Positions 1 through 16,328 of a stretch of DNA of 64,000 nucleotides are shown piece by piece. The position numbers and the translations under genes are program-made. Positions within the stretch are counted from its first letter, which is position 1. Every line of letters begins with the position of its first letter. The notes under the pieces were generated by a model. The model worked only from the letters and a program-made list of their open reading frames with translations. It did not search any database and was not told the DNA's origin. This DNA is from the human T2T-CHM13v2.0 reference genome, Homo sapiens. The stretch lies in the NCBI RefSeq assembly GCF_009914755.1, contig NC_060933.1. One strand, given 5' to 3'.

Positions 1-47
1 ACTAAAACTTCTATAGTCATGTCATATAGATATAAATCTCAAATATA

Positions 48-348
48 GGCCTGGTGCGGTGGCTCGTGCCTGTAATCCCAGCACTTTGGGAGGGGAAGGT
101 GGGTGGATCACCTGAGGTCAGGAGTTCGAGACCAACCTGGCCAACATGGCGAAACCCCGTCTCTACTAAAAAAAATACAAAAATCAGCTGGGCATGGTAA
201 CTCGCACCTGCAGTCCCAGCTAGTCAGGAGGCTGAGGCAGGAGAATCACTTTCACCTGGGAGGCGATGGTTGCAGTGAGTCAAGGTTGCACCAATGCCCT
301 CCAGCCTGGGTGACAGAGCGAGACTCTGTCTCAAAAAAAAAAAAAAAA
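48..348 (+). mobile_element. Full-length Alu (AluS-like)
   Basis: Dimeric Alu with A-rich linker and poly(A) tail; 14-bp TSD AAATCTCAAATATA at 34-47 and 354-367. Confidence 0.95.
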
Positions 349-457
349 CCCAAAAATCTCAAATATAGAATACAGTTCATTTATGCTGGATTTCATCAAA
401 TCACTAGAAGGAAGATCGTGACATTTTAAAATCATAAATTTAGCAGGAAAATTTTTA

Positions 458-889
<432 letters not shown>

Positions 890-984
890 TTAGACTTTTT
901 TTTTTTTTTCTGGCAGAGGTGAGGGGACAAGGAGTGGCCCCATAGTTGTTTGGCAATATAAAAGCTGTAGGAAAACGTCCATGT

Positions 985-1207
985 AGAGGTTGAGTATCTC
1001 TAATCCAAAAATAAAAAATCAGAAATTCTCCAAAACCTGAAACTTTTTGAGCACCTATATAAAAATCAAAGGGAATATTCCTTGGAGCATTTTAGACTTC
1101 TGATTTTTGGAATAGGGATGCTGTATAATGCAAATATTCCAAAGTCTGATATCTGAAATCCAAGCATTTCTGGTTCCAGGCACTTTGGATAAGGGACATT
1201 CAATCAG
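985..1207. mobile_element. Tigger4/MER46-like (TcMar-Tigger) MITE
   Basis: Degenerate terminal inverted repeats GGTTGAGTATCTCTAATCCAAA ... TTTGGATAAGGGACATTCAATC, matching the remembered Tigger4/Zombi ends. Confidence 0.75.
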
Positions 1208-2591
1208 TATATAATTTTCTGGGGGTTCAGACATCTCTAGTAGCCCATCCAGGTAAACAGCCTCTGCCCAACAGGAGACTAAGCAAGCACTCAAATCCTT
1301 TTGGTGCTGAAATTGGTTACTCAGTCTTCGGGACTGAACTTTTTTGAGGCTGTGGTCAGGGACAGTGGCTGAGGAAGTTGAGAGCTCTGCTTTTGGGGCA
1401 CTGGCACGGGTGTGTGTGCCTCTCTCCCCGACAGTCTGGATTATTTGTTTCTCCTCTTGGGTGACCTCTTTTTCTGAGTCTGGCTGGGAGTTGATGCAGC
1501 CACACCTGCTCCCTTTTCCAGATTGCCCTTTGAAGACCAGAGCTCAGGGGCTAGCCTCTCCCACTCTTTTCTTTAAAGGACTTTTCATTAAAAGACATTA
1601 CATTGAAAGACTGTGTTAAAGAACTATACTACAAAGGGCTGGAGTGGGCAGACCCAGGGTTCTGGCAAGTGACATCTTAGGGCTCCTCAACAAACTGGGA
1701 ACTTAGATTTTTTCCTTGCAGCCTCTTTCCTGGTTTACAGTTTCACAGTTCTTAAGATGGTGTTTGGGTTTGTCATACCGTTCTGTCTACTTTTGTATAG
1801 TTGGATTTTTTCATAATAAGAACTTAAAAGATACGGTATTTGAGATTTTGTTCTCCACTGTCTCCAGAGCCGGTTCTCAGCCTCCTTTCCGGCCCCGTTT
1901 TAAGAGGGCTGGCAGCCCCTCTCTCCCAGAACTTATCTTGTCTCAAGTGGCACTTCTGTCTCTAACTGTCTCCAGCCTGGCGACACCTAGTTTACCTGGG
2001 AAGTCTTCTCTTTGGGTGTTAACTCACAAAAAGGAAGAGATCACCCTCACCTGGGTTTTTATTTATTTTATGCTTCTCATTAAAACAAAACATTTGATTC
2101 AGCTGCTTTGGCAATTGAGAGCAGAGACCAAAGTGCTATTTTTAAGATGTAACAAATAACAGTAGTTTATTTTTATATTCGGGCTAGTGATAGGAAACTG
2201 GCTGAAGGTAAGGCCAGGAGCATGAAGTAATGGAAAACATACAGTGGCGCTGATGATATTTGGGAGAGAGGGTTTCCTGTGAACAAAGAAAGCCATTAGC
2301 TACTGGGTGGGAGGGACGGAGACGCTCCTGGAGTAATACTGCCATCTTGTGGGTTTTTGAGGCATTGCTATGTGGCGCAAGCGAAGCCCTTCCCAGTTCC
2401 TAATCATCCCAGAGATCACCAATTGTCTCAAAACGCCAAGTTATGTAATCTCTTTCTGGGCCCAGGTATGTTTCCCTGCATTTTTCCAAGCATCTCTCTC
2501 CCTTCCTTTTCCTCTCCTCTCTTCCCTTAGAAATTCAGTTTTCACCCCCCACCCCGGGTGTTTTAGAGGTTGCCCAATGTGAAAGCAAATA

Positions 2592-2911
2592 CTGTTGTTG
2601 GCTCTCGGTATTCGTGGTTCCAGGACCCCCCAACCCCCATACCAAAATCCCAGAGGCTCCAGTCTCATATATAAAATAGCATTGTATTTACATATTACCT
2701 ATGCACGTCTTGTGTGCTTTAAATCATCCCTGGATTACTTATAATACCTAATACAATGTATATGCTGTGTAAACAGTTGTTAACCTGCGTTGCTTTTTAT
2801 TTGTATTATTATTTATTGTTGTGTTATGATTTTTTACTGTTTCTTTTTCCCTGAATATTTTCGATCCATGTTGAATAGGTGGATGTGGAACCTGAGGTTA
2901 CAAAGGGGCTG
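2592..2911 (+). mobile_element. MER2 (TcMar-Tigger) DNA transposon relic
   Basis: Matches MER2 consensus blocks (GGTTCCAGGACCCCC, ACCAAAATCC, TTTAAATCATC..GATTACTTATAATACCTAATACAATGTA); flanked by TA. Confidence 0.8.
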
Positions 2912-2951
2912 TATTTAAAACCAATTTAAGGTAGATGTGATTTAAAGGAAG

Positions 2952-3132
2952 TTTTGTGTTTTTGTTTGTTTATTAGATATGGGGTCTTGCTGTGTTGCCC
3001 AGGCTGGAAGGTAGGGGCTATTTACAGGCTCCATAATGGCACACTACAGCATTGACCTCCTGGCCTCAAGCGATCCTCCTGCCTCAGCCTCCTTAGTAGC
3101 TGGGCCAAAAGGCACTAGCCACCGACCAGTCT
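2952..3132 (-). mobile_element. Fossil Alu monomer (FAM-like)
   Basis: Single Alu monomer that keeps the 7SL-derived GGCTATTTACAGG segment typical of FAM. Confidence 0.7.
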
Positions 3133-3574
3133 GGAGGAAGTTTTTAATCCACTGGAGTGAAATTTAACTTTTGGGATTAATAGCTCAATTTACACAAGTC
3201 AAATGTCATTATAACTCAGATCTTTTTAAAGATGAATCTAATTTAAATCAACACTCAGCAAGTGTCTGTGTGGTATTACCTATTATGCTGCCTGCAGAGG
3301 GTTATGGGGACGGATGGAGCAGCTCAGATCTGGGGAGGGGAGAAGGCCACTGACTCTGCCAAATCCCCGTAGTGGAGAGGAATCAACAGTGCTAGGGAGG
3401 CAGGAAGGAGAGAGTGGTGAGTTTTCACCAGGGAGGAGCGAGAATTCTAAGCTTTAACTGATAAACCATGAGCCACATATAATACGGAATTTCAGTCCAG
3501 TGAAATAATTGGTCGACTCCCTAGGAATATTATTGGTAGACTCCCTAGGAATTTTCTTACAAGCAAACCTTATT

Positions 3575-3757
3575 TGACAGCCCATCACATAAGTTATCTT
3601 TCACATAAATGGTCTCATTTACTCCTCTCAGCTATTTTGCGAGGCTGGCATTACCATTATTCCTGTTTTGGGTACGACTGGAAATGTATTTTGACCACTG
3701 CTATTGCAAGGATGTGAACCCAGGACTTTTGACTCTTAGGTTTAATTCTCTTTCCAC
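3575..3757 (-). mobile_element. MIR fragment
   Basis: Reverse MIR core motifs (ctcatttactcctc, tgaacccaggactttt gactc). Confidence 0.55.
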
Positions 3758-3966
3758 AGAGGATTTATGGCAAATGAGTTAAAGGTTTTCATATAGGTGG
3801 GCACCAAATTGGAATTGTCAGTTTCAAAACTGTCCTATTAGTACAAATAATTGGGTAAAATACAGTTGGCCTTTCATATGCATGGGTTGTGTATCTGTGA
3901 ATTCAACCAGCCTTAGATTAAAAATACTTAAAAAATTCAGTGTTGAATATGTAGAAAGTATTTTTT

Positions 3967-6160
<2,194 letters not shown>

Positions 6161-6204
6161 CTATTTACATAGCTTTTACGTATAACTAATGTAGAGATGA
6201 TTTA

Positions 6205-6613
<409 letters not shown>

Positions 6614-6699
6614 TCAGGTTTTTGTAAACGGCAGCTAGTAATCAAAACCATCTGCTGCTTAACAGTCCTGGATGCTGGTACTGCCTGTGGCCATAGTGA

Positions 6700-7520
<821 letters not shown>

Positions 7521-7554
7521 TTTGTGTGTTCTTCCTGGTCTTTCACATGGCCTT

Positions 7555-7945
7555 TGGGCCTGTCTCCATGGCTGTGTAACAGATCACCTCAAAACTTAGT
7601 GGCTTGAAACATCAGAAATTTATTCTGTCACAGTTCAGGAGGCCAGAAGTCCAAAATCAAGGTGTGGGCAGGGTTGGCTCCTTTTGGAGGCTCTGAGCAA
7701 GAATCTGCTCCATGTCTCTCCTTCCACTGTCATGGGGCTTCTTCCTTGTGTCCCTGTGGCCTTGTGTCTAAGTTTCTCCTTTATCTTACAAAGACATCAG
7801 TCATTGAACTTAGGGCCCACCCTAATCCAGTATGACCTCATCTTAACTAATGACATCTGCAAAGACCCCATTGCCAAATAAGGTCACATACTGAGATTCT
7901 GGGTGAAGGTGAATTTTGGGCAAACGTTATTTGAACCACTCACTA
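7555..7945 (-). mobile_element. MLT1 (ERVL-MaLR) solo LTR
   Basis: Typical reverse MLT1 motifs (aaacttagtggcttgaaac, ggaggccagaagtccaaaatcaagg, tatgacctcatcttaac, aaataaggtcaca). Confidence 0.85.
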
Positions 7946-8493
7946 CACTGTCATGTGCCAGGAATGTGGAATCCCCTCCCCACTTTTAGCTAAAACCGCC
8001 AGAATGGATTTAGCGTTGTGGAACCTCTAGACTCCTCCCGTGTGTGCACGCACCTTGTATGCACACATAGGTGCACACTGACAAGTGCTGGCACACACAT
8101 GCCCAGGGCTTCCTCTTTCTCTCCCATGGTCCCTGGTGAAATTTCCTGTAATACCTTTTCATGCCCTCCCTCCGAGGCGGGGAGGGGTACCGCTATCTAC
8201 AACCAGCTGTGGAAAATACCCCGAGAAGCAGTGAAGGGAGGCAGCACTAAGGAGGAGAGGGGTGTGGGCTGAGCTAGGAAAGAGGAGGTTTTAGGAAGCT
8301 GGCCTGGGGGTTCACTTGGAAGAAAACCTGTTCTCTTCCCAAATCTTAGGATGTCTGGTGGGATAAAGCCATCCAGTCTGGCCTCTCCCTACCCGCACCG
8401 CCTGGCCTCCTCATCTTTGTATTCCCAGAGACAAACCCAGGGCCTGGGAGACTGAATCCAAACATCAATTTACCAACCAATCAATCCGTAGAG

Positions 8494-9053
8494 CAGCGGT
8501 CTCCAACCTTTTTGACACCAGGGACCGGTTTCATGGAAGACACTTTTTTCCACAGACTGGAAAGGGCTGGGAGTGTGAGGTGGAGAATGGTTTCAGATGG
8601 TTCAAGCTCATTACATTTATTGTGCACTTTATTTCTATTATTATTACATTGTAACGTATAATGAAATAATTATTGTAATATAAGAATAATAATTATTATT
8701 ACATTGTAATATGTAATGAAATAATTACAACTCACCATAATGTAGAATCAGTGGGAGCCCTTAGCTTGTTTTCCTGCAACTAGGTGGTCTCATCTGGGGA
8801 TGATGGGAGACAGTGACAGATCATCAGGCATTAGATTCTCATAAGGAACATGCAACCTAGATCCCTCCCATACGCAGTTTACAACAGGGTTCACACTCCT
8901 ATGAGAATCGAATGCCACTGCTGATCTGACAGGAGGTGGAGCTCAGGCGGTCATGCTTGCCTTCGCCCCGGGGCTCACCTCCGTCTGTGCAGCCCGGTTC
9001 CTAACAGGCCACAAAGGGGTACTGGTCTGCGGCCTGGGGTGTGGAGACCCCTG
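8494..9053. mobile_element. MER1A (hAT-Charlie) DNA transposon
   Basis: TIRs CAGCGGTCTCCA ... TGGAGACCCCTG; 8-bp TSD CCGTAGAG/CCTTAGAG; small internal AT-rich duplication near 8638-8730. Confidence 0.88.
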
Positions 9054-9257
9054 CCTTAGAGCAAAAGAGTTTTGGGGTGTGGTGAGAATACCTTGCCCGG
9101 GTGAGGAAGGCTTCCTGGATTGGAATGCGGCGTCCAAACTGATACCTGACGGGCAGCGAGCACTAGGCCAGGGGAAAGGTCTCCAGGCTGCCAGACCGCT
9201 GGGCAGATGATGGCTCTTCTGTCCACGGCACCTGGTTGGATGTCAGGAGTACTGAGG

Positions 9258-9293
9258 AGTGTGTGTGTGTGCGTGTGAGTGTGAGTGTGTGCG
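9258..9293. repeat. Interrupted (GT)n microsatellite
   Basis: gtgtgtgtgtgtgtgcgtgtgagtgtgagtgtgtgc. Confidence 0.85.
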
Positions 9294-9469
9294 TATTTTT
9301 GTGCAGAGCAAGCGTGAAAGAAGCCAACAGGAGCCATACCCATGAGTTGAAAATATCAGAAAGGGGAGCTATGACCTGCAAGACACATTGTGAGTGTGGT
9401 GTCTTGGCCATTGTCCGCTGGGACCACAGGAAGGTCAGGGATGCACTTCTGCTTGGTCCTACGGCTGGC

Positions 9470-9900
9470 AGTTGGGAGATGCGGGCGTGGGGAGCGGAGC
9501 CCGATGAGTGTAGTGTCTGGAGCGGACTGGGAGCAGCTCGGCCTGGGTGTCCGAGGAGCGGGCGGGCGCTGCTCCGGGCGCCCACCAGGGGGCAGTGCTG
9601 CCGGGCGAGAGCGCGGTGGGCTGAAGGGCGCGGGGCTGCGGGGCTCGGGGGTGTGGGACTAGAAGGCGCGTGGCTGTGGGACTAGGGGCTGGCGGGCGCG
9701 GGGCGCGGGGCGCAGGGCTGCGGCGGGGGCGGCCAGGGCGGCTTTTGCCTCCCACGCAGGCAGGAGAGAGTTCTTGCGTGCCTGCCTATACTCGCCGCCG
9801 GGCATGTTTCCAGGTGAGCGGACCGTGCTGACTCTGGGCTGCAGAAATGCGCCCCCAGAGGAAAGCTCTGCGCTTTGCGGGAGCTCTTTAAAGCCAAGGT
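9470..9900. promoter_or_regulatory. CpG island / promoter-like element with GC boxes
   Basis: Very high GC and CpG density in non-repeat sequence; several GGGCGG boxes; G-run cluster at 9685-9740. Confidence 0.85.
9579..9597 (+). promoter_or_regulatory. CTCF core motif
   Basis: CGCCCACCAGGGGGCAGTG matches the CCASYAGRKGGCRS core with no mismatch. Confidence 0.75.
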
Positions 9901-10209
9901 TCCAGAGAATGGATTTACCCCAAAGCTGATAACGCTAACGCTTCTGCCACCCCAAGGCCGTGTTCATGCATATATCTATACGAGATTCCCTGAAAGTGTG
10001 TATGTTTCAGGCCCACTGGGCTCTGCCTCTTGGTGACTCCACTCCAGGTTTCAGTTTGGTTGGCCCCTTGACGGTCTAGATCCCTAACCCCCAGATCCAC
10101 CAGAGCTACTGAGAAACTGGGGCAAGCCTCCACAGAGACAAGCGACTTGGGGTATGTGTGGGTATATGGGTGTGGATGAGAGAGTGAGCGAGCGAAGGAG
10201 TTCAGCAGT

Positions 10210-10326
10210 ATAGATGCCAGTAGCACCTACCCTTCCAGTTGTGACAACCTAAAGTGTCCCAAACATTGTCAAATGTCATATATCTGGCGAGGAGAGCCGG
10301 GAGTTGTTCCTGGTTGAGAACCACTG
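10210..10326. mobile_element. MER20 fragment
   Basis: AGATGCCAGTAGCACC...CCAGTTGTGACAAC...GGTTGAGAACCACTG end motif. Confidence 0.75.
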
Positions 10327-11069
10327 ATTTAGAGATTGTAGCTTTCCTTTTCCATTGCTGCTTATGGGTTAAGCCTCACGTCTTTTCCAGAGGGGTTGTA
10401 TTGTGACTTGTACAGCCTCTTCCCGGAGATTTCTACCCACCAAATTGAAAGGGTCACAGGCCGACTCCGGGGGTGAAGAGCCTGGGTTCAACCGAGGAAA
10501 GGGCCAGGGGCCTCCTTTCCTCCTGTGGCCTCGGCTGCAGCCTGCGAGCTGGGGAGAAAGTAGCTGCTGGCCTGGCCGGGGGTGCTGCGCTCTGCTCCCA
10601 GTTTCTCTCTTCCAACAGTTAGAACATGAAAGCTGGAAGCGATCCTAGAGGGTGTCTAGTTCAACACCTGCCCCTTCCCTTAAAGAAGTGTTTACGATGA
10701 GAACACTGACATTCAGAGCCCTGAAGCGTGTCTTCCAGGGCTGCGTAGCTTTTATGAGGTAGAAGACCAGGCCCAGGTGTCCTGACTTCCAGCCTAGAGC
10801 TTTTACTGCTCCATGGGCAGCCTCTCTGAGTCCCCTATTAAAATGCAGTCCCCCTGGAGGGCACACACCATAAACTAGATGAGTGGCTGCCTAATAAATG
10901 ACCCTGAAACTTAGTGGCTTGAAACAAAAATAAATAGTCTCTCAGTTTCTCTGGGTCAGGAATTTGGGAGCAGCTTGGCTGGGCAGTTCTGCCTCAGAGT
11001 CTCTCATAACTTTCAGTGAGATGTTGGTCAGGGCTTTTGAGTATAGACTTTGGTCAAGAATCTTCTCTT

Positions 11070-11396
<327 letters not shown>

Positions 11397-11484
11397 CTAA
11401 GCCTCAATTTTCTCATCTGTAAAATGGAGATAATAACAGAAGTTATTTCATAGGCTGTTATGAGGATTAAAAAAATAATTCTTT

Positions 11485-12348
11485 TGTGGCAGAGATTTTC
11501 AATTTCTTACTCTAATATCACTTCCTCTTTCTTCCTTTGTAATAGAAGCTCCAATATTTAGCTGGAAAGTTGGCTGCCTGGAATAAAAGTCTCCATTTTT
11601 CATCTTTTTTTGTTTTTCCAACCAGTTCTGTCTGAAGACATGTATAGAAGTGGTATATGGCACCTTTCAGGGAACTTTCTTTAAAAAACAGTATCTCCAT
11701 TTGCTCCTTTTATTTGTTGCCCTCCTCTACTCTGCTTCCTGGAACGTGGATGTGATGGCTGGAGCTCTGGTTGCCAACTTGGGACACAAGGATGAGCATC
11801 ATACCCCTGGGATGATGGAGTGATGGACAGGAAGGAGTTTGGGTTCCAGAAAGTTCTGTGCAATTGTCATACCAATCTTGCACTGCCTAGGTGATAGAGA
11901 AATAAAATTAAACTTGTTTTTTTCGGCCGGGCGCAGTGTCTCGTGCCTGTAATCCCAGCACTTTGGGAGGCCGAGGTGGGTGGATCACTGGAGGTCAGGA
12001 GTTGGAGGCCAGCCTGGCTAACATGGCAAAACCCCATCTCTACTAAAAATACAGAAATATTAGCCGGGTGTAGTAACACACGCCTTTAATCCCAGCTACT
12101 TCGGAGGCTGAGGCGGGAGAATCACTTGAACCCAGGAGGTGGAGGCTGCAGTGAGCTGCACTCCAGCCTGGGAGACAGAGCAAGCCACCATCTCAAAAAA
12201 AAAAAAAAAAAAAAATTCCCCTCTTGTGTTTTAAAAAATCGCCCTCAAACATTCTGCTATCCAAGAGAAATAAACTTTTATCTTGGCCAAACAGGTATTT
12301 TGTGCTTTCTGGTTCATGCAACTGAACTGAACATCCTATATGCTTACA
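11485..12348 (+). mobile_element. Old MLT1 (MLT1J-like) LTR interrupted by an Alu
   Basis: tgtggcaga start, ggatgtgatggctggagct, gagaaataaac, and a terminal ...ACA. Confidence 0.6.
11925..12215 (+). mobile_element. Alu (AluS-like) with a short right-arm deletion
   Basis: Dimeric Alu with poly(A); gtgagc joined directly to tgcactccagc. Confidence 0.93.
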
Positions 12349-12546
12349 CTGTTAGCAAATGCCTGGTAGTCAGGAGGTGCTCAGTACCCTGGTAAACATT
12401 TTGATTTCAAAGCTGGGGTCAAACCAGCCAACCAAATCTCATAACCTGGATGTGGGGAGAGTAAAGGGGACAGCCAGGACAGTGGAGAAAGAGCTCTGGG
12501 GTCAGGAGACCTGGGTCACAGTTGCAGCTCTCCTCTCTCCACCTCA

Positions 12547-12863
12547 ATTTAATTTTAATTTTATTTATTTATTTATTTTTGAGATAGAGTCACACTCTGT
12601 CACCCAGGTTGGAGTGCAGTGGTGCAATTATGACTCACTATAGCCTTAACCTCCCAGACTCAGGTGATATTCCAGCCTCAGCCTCCTGAATAGCTGGGAC
12701 TGTAGGCATAGGCTACCACACCCAGCAATTTTTAAAATTTTTTTGTAAAAACAGGGTCTCATCGTGTTGTCCAGGTTGATCTCAAACTCCTGGGTTCAAG
12801 CCATCCTCCTGCCTCGGCTTCCCAAAGTGCTGGGATTACAGATGTAAGCCACCATGTCCAGCC
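12547..12863 (-). mobile_element. Alu (AluJ-like)
   Basis: Reverse dimeric Alu with a (TTTA)n tail. Confidence 0.92.
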
Positions 12864-14829
12864 TCCATTTTATTTTCTTTAATTGAAAGGGGCTAGAATA
12901 GCTCAGGAGTTTTCCAACTTTTTATGGCAGTAGGAATTGTTCTTCAAATGGAAACCAATATATAAAAAAGATTTAAGTAGAACTTTGGATCTATCTAATC
13001 CTTTTGGTTCCATCCCCCAGACTGCCTTGGGGTGATCCTCAAGGCTTTAAAAGGAGCATAATTTGAAAAACACAGAACAGACTGATTCTCCAAATTCTTT
13101 CCAGGAGCAACAGTCTATGACTTTAAGGGGCTGAGCTGAGCCGGAAAACATGGTCAGGTTTTCTAGAATGGCCATAATCTGGGGTAAGGGTGGTGTCAAG
13201 CTGCTTCGAGGTCCTGGGTTCCCATGAGGCCTCTGGCTCTAAGTGTGCTGACAAACCTGTGGCTTCATCGCACAGTGAAGAAAAGCACATTAATTCATAG
13301 TCAGGTGGCCTCAGGAGTCTTCTTTTTTGTAGATCTAGGCTATATATCACATTGCATTAGCCAGAGGTCAGTAGACATCATCAAAAACAACAGGAACATG
13401 GGAAATTTCATTTTGCTGGTGCTGCAGGATTGAAAATGTCAGCTCTCTCTGGCTACCTGGTGAAGGAATTATGCCATGGCTCAAGAGATGGGGATGAAAA
13501 CCTTAGCTCATCATTTGAAAATTGTGCATTACAGACTTTGCTGTGAAATATAAGCATTGCTGTAAAATGCAAACATCTCTGTCCCATTGTCATGGTCACT
13601 GTTCATCGTTGAGGTCAATAATAGTGTAATCACTGGGTTATGTGAGGACGGGATGAGGTAATACATGAACATTCAGTGACAGGTTATTGACTGTTTCTTC
13701 TTTAAAGACCAAGAGTTGGGTTTTAGTATTTTTCTTACTAAGTTGCAAGAACTTTTGGTAAGGAAGTGAGCCTTTTGAATACAGTATTTACTGCAAAATT
13801 TTCCCAGTTTCTTGTTTTTAAATTCTGGTTGTTATTATTATTGGTATTTAACACACAGATGTTGAAAGTTTTAAGTAGTCAAAACTGTTGACCTTTTCCT
13901 TAAGAACAGCAATTATCCAGGTGTGTGCCAGCCATCCAGGCATGAATGCCTCTGAAGTCCTTTTCAAGCATTGGCTTATTGAGTCCTCATAACAAGCCGA
14001 GGTAGGTACTACCACTGTGCCCATTTTATGATCAAGGCAGTGGCCCTGGGTACATTCCCCACCTAGCACATCCCCCGATGCCACATGCCCATTGGTCACA
14101 GAGGCTGAAAGATACCAATATCCTTTAAGGAGAGGCAGCAAATGAACATGCAAACGGGGACAGGCCTTGGGGCGAGGTGGGGACACAGAATCTCAGTGCT
14201 AGCCTCTGTAAAGTTTGAAACAGCCTTGCAGGGACTTCTGGTAAGCCAAACAGGGTGTGACATTCTGAGAACCACAGATAAGTTCTTTTACTTTCTTATA
14301 CCCCATGGCCAGAAAAAACAGATAAGTTCTGAGGCCTACCTAGTCTGGAAGAAAAATAGGAAAGAAGTATTAACCAGAGCATTTCTTGATTCCAGATTCT
14401 CACTGCCTCAGCCTGGAGACCAGGATGGCACCCCCAAGTCCTTTCAAAGTCACCTGCAATGGAAACTCTCTTGCTTTTAGTTTTTCCCAGGACAGTCAGC
14501 CAACCAACCACTGGGTCTGGCAGGTTGTGCTGTGGAATAGAGGCTGGAGCCCTGATTTGAGCTTGCAGAGGACTGGTCCTGCCATGTAACAGCTTTGTGA
14601 GTTTGGGCACATGAAATTGCTTTGTAAACTACAAAGGGCTGTGTGTAAAAGCCTAAGGTGCCATGAATATCAGACTGGTGACAAGTGACCACCTTCCTGA
14701 TGTAGATACTGAGGAGCATTTTTTTTTCTTTTTTACCATGCTTTCATCTGCAGCATTGTTTGATGACTGCCCCAAACCCTCCAAGTCAAGTGAATACTTC
14801 TGAGCAGGCTGTAAAATCCATCATTGGGC

Positions 14830-15645
14830 CACTTTTCTTCTTCCAAACTGTACACAACCCACACTGAATACCTGCTTCCCTCTAGGCCTGGGCACTTCTG
14901 TTCCCTTTGCCCAGCATACCTTTGTCCCTCCCCACATTTTCAACACTTGTACTTCTATTTTTCCCTTAGGACTTCATTCGTGTATCACCTCCTCCAGGAA
15001 GCATTCCCTGATAACACCCTGGCCACATCCCTGGAGGCTGGTTTATATGCCCTTCCTCTGTTTCCATAGTGACTTCTATTTTCTACTTACCATGAGGCAC
15101 ATCACACTGTATCTGTCTTTACCACTGGATACGTCTTGTTTATTCTTCTATTTGCAACGTTCTAGAATCCCTGAATATTTGACAACGTATGCTTTCCCTC
15201 TACCATATGGCATGAGTGAGACCAGGGTTGGAACAATGGTGCGTGCCTGTACAGTGGTATGATTTAAGCTACTTGCTTGGCCTCTCTGTGTTTGCATAAA
15301 TGGAAGATGAGACTAATGATAACTGAGACTTAATATGGTAGCTGTGAGGACTATGAGAATCCACTGAGAGCGGAGTGAACCGTGCTTGGTACAGAATAGT
15401 GGTAGGATTATGGAATTCAAAACGAGGCAGCTGTTGTTGTCATCAGTGTATGGCTGGCCTGGATCCATGATACTGATGTGACACCATTATTTATATTGTG
15501 GGTCAGATTCCTCCATTCTTGTGGGTAAGTTCCATGAGGGAAGGTCTTTGTTCAGCTTACAGCTGTATCTCTGTAGCTTAGAATAGTGCCTGGAACATAA
15601 CGGGCAGTTGGTAAATGCTGGTTGAATGAGTGAATGAATGAGGTA
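14830..15645 (+). mobile_element. L2 fragments with an intervening MIR
   Basis: tcacctcctccaggaagcattccctga; L2 3' end aagttccatgagggaagg...tgaatgagtgaatgaatga. Confidence 0.6.
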
Positions 15646-16139
15646 CCAAGAGACCCCATGGGATGATTAATCTTGATGGCCAGTCCAGTGTCCCCTGGCG
15701 TCCAAGACTTCTTTTATGCCTTATAATCTGGCTAGTGTGTGTCTCCAAAGAGCCTTCATTTAGCCCAAACCAGAGGTTCCCAAACATTTTTACCAACTGT
15801 CTTCTTTATCATAAGTTTGAGGAAAAAGTTATTTCTCTTGAAGAGAAAGCAAGAAGGAAGAGAACGCCCTGTTTTAACCTCCAGTGCCAAACGCAGCCTG
15901 AAACACACACGCCCACACAGCTCCTGTTCTTGGGAGAGAGGCACGGTAAAGTGGCATCTGGAAAAAAAACCCAGTTCAAGCCAAATTTGTGTCAATCCCT
16001 TCTCTGTCAGCCTGTGCTTCCAAGCACGGTATACCAAGATGACAGTTCCACCCAGCTTTCTGCTTTTTCTTCTTTCCAAAGAGAACTTTGATTAAAAAAA
16101 ATCTTAAGATGCCTGGAAAGAAATTTCTAGCCTACAGAC

Positions 16140-16328
16140 CAGCATTGTCTATGATAACTTTCTGTGATGACGAAAATGCTCTGTAATGTGTGCTGCCACT
16201 AGTTACTTGTGGCTGTTGAGCACTTCAGGCTGGTGTGCCTGAAGAGCTGAGTTTTCAATGTAATTTTAATTAATTTAATTTAGATAGCCACATATGATTA
16301 ACGGCTACGGAGCTGGGTGGACGGGACA
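16140..16328. mobile_element. MER3 (hAT-Charlie)
   Basis: aactttctgtgatga.gaaaatg, gccactagttacttgtggct.ttgagcactt, atagccacat motifs. Confidence 0.7.

Noticed and set aside
1716-2159. 147-aa ORF
   Set aside because: Non-ATG start, no domain similarity, and composition typical of non-coding DNA.
9214-9236. Possible REST/RE1 site near the island
   Set aside because: Only the CTGTCC half matches; the GTGCTGAA half is absent.
9163-9897. Several overlapping 70-149 aa ORFs on both strands
   Set aside because: Expected from stop-codon depletion in a GC-rich island; low-complexity R/G/A/P content and no recognisable domain.
15663-16091. 142-aa ATG ORF with a hydrophobic, signal-like stretch in unique sequence
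   Set aside because: No recognisable homology, promoter or splice context, and similarly long ORFs overlap in two other frames. It would need PhyloCSF or Ribo-seq support.
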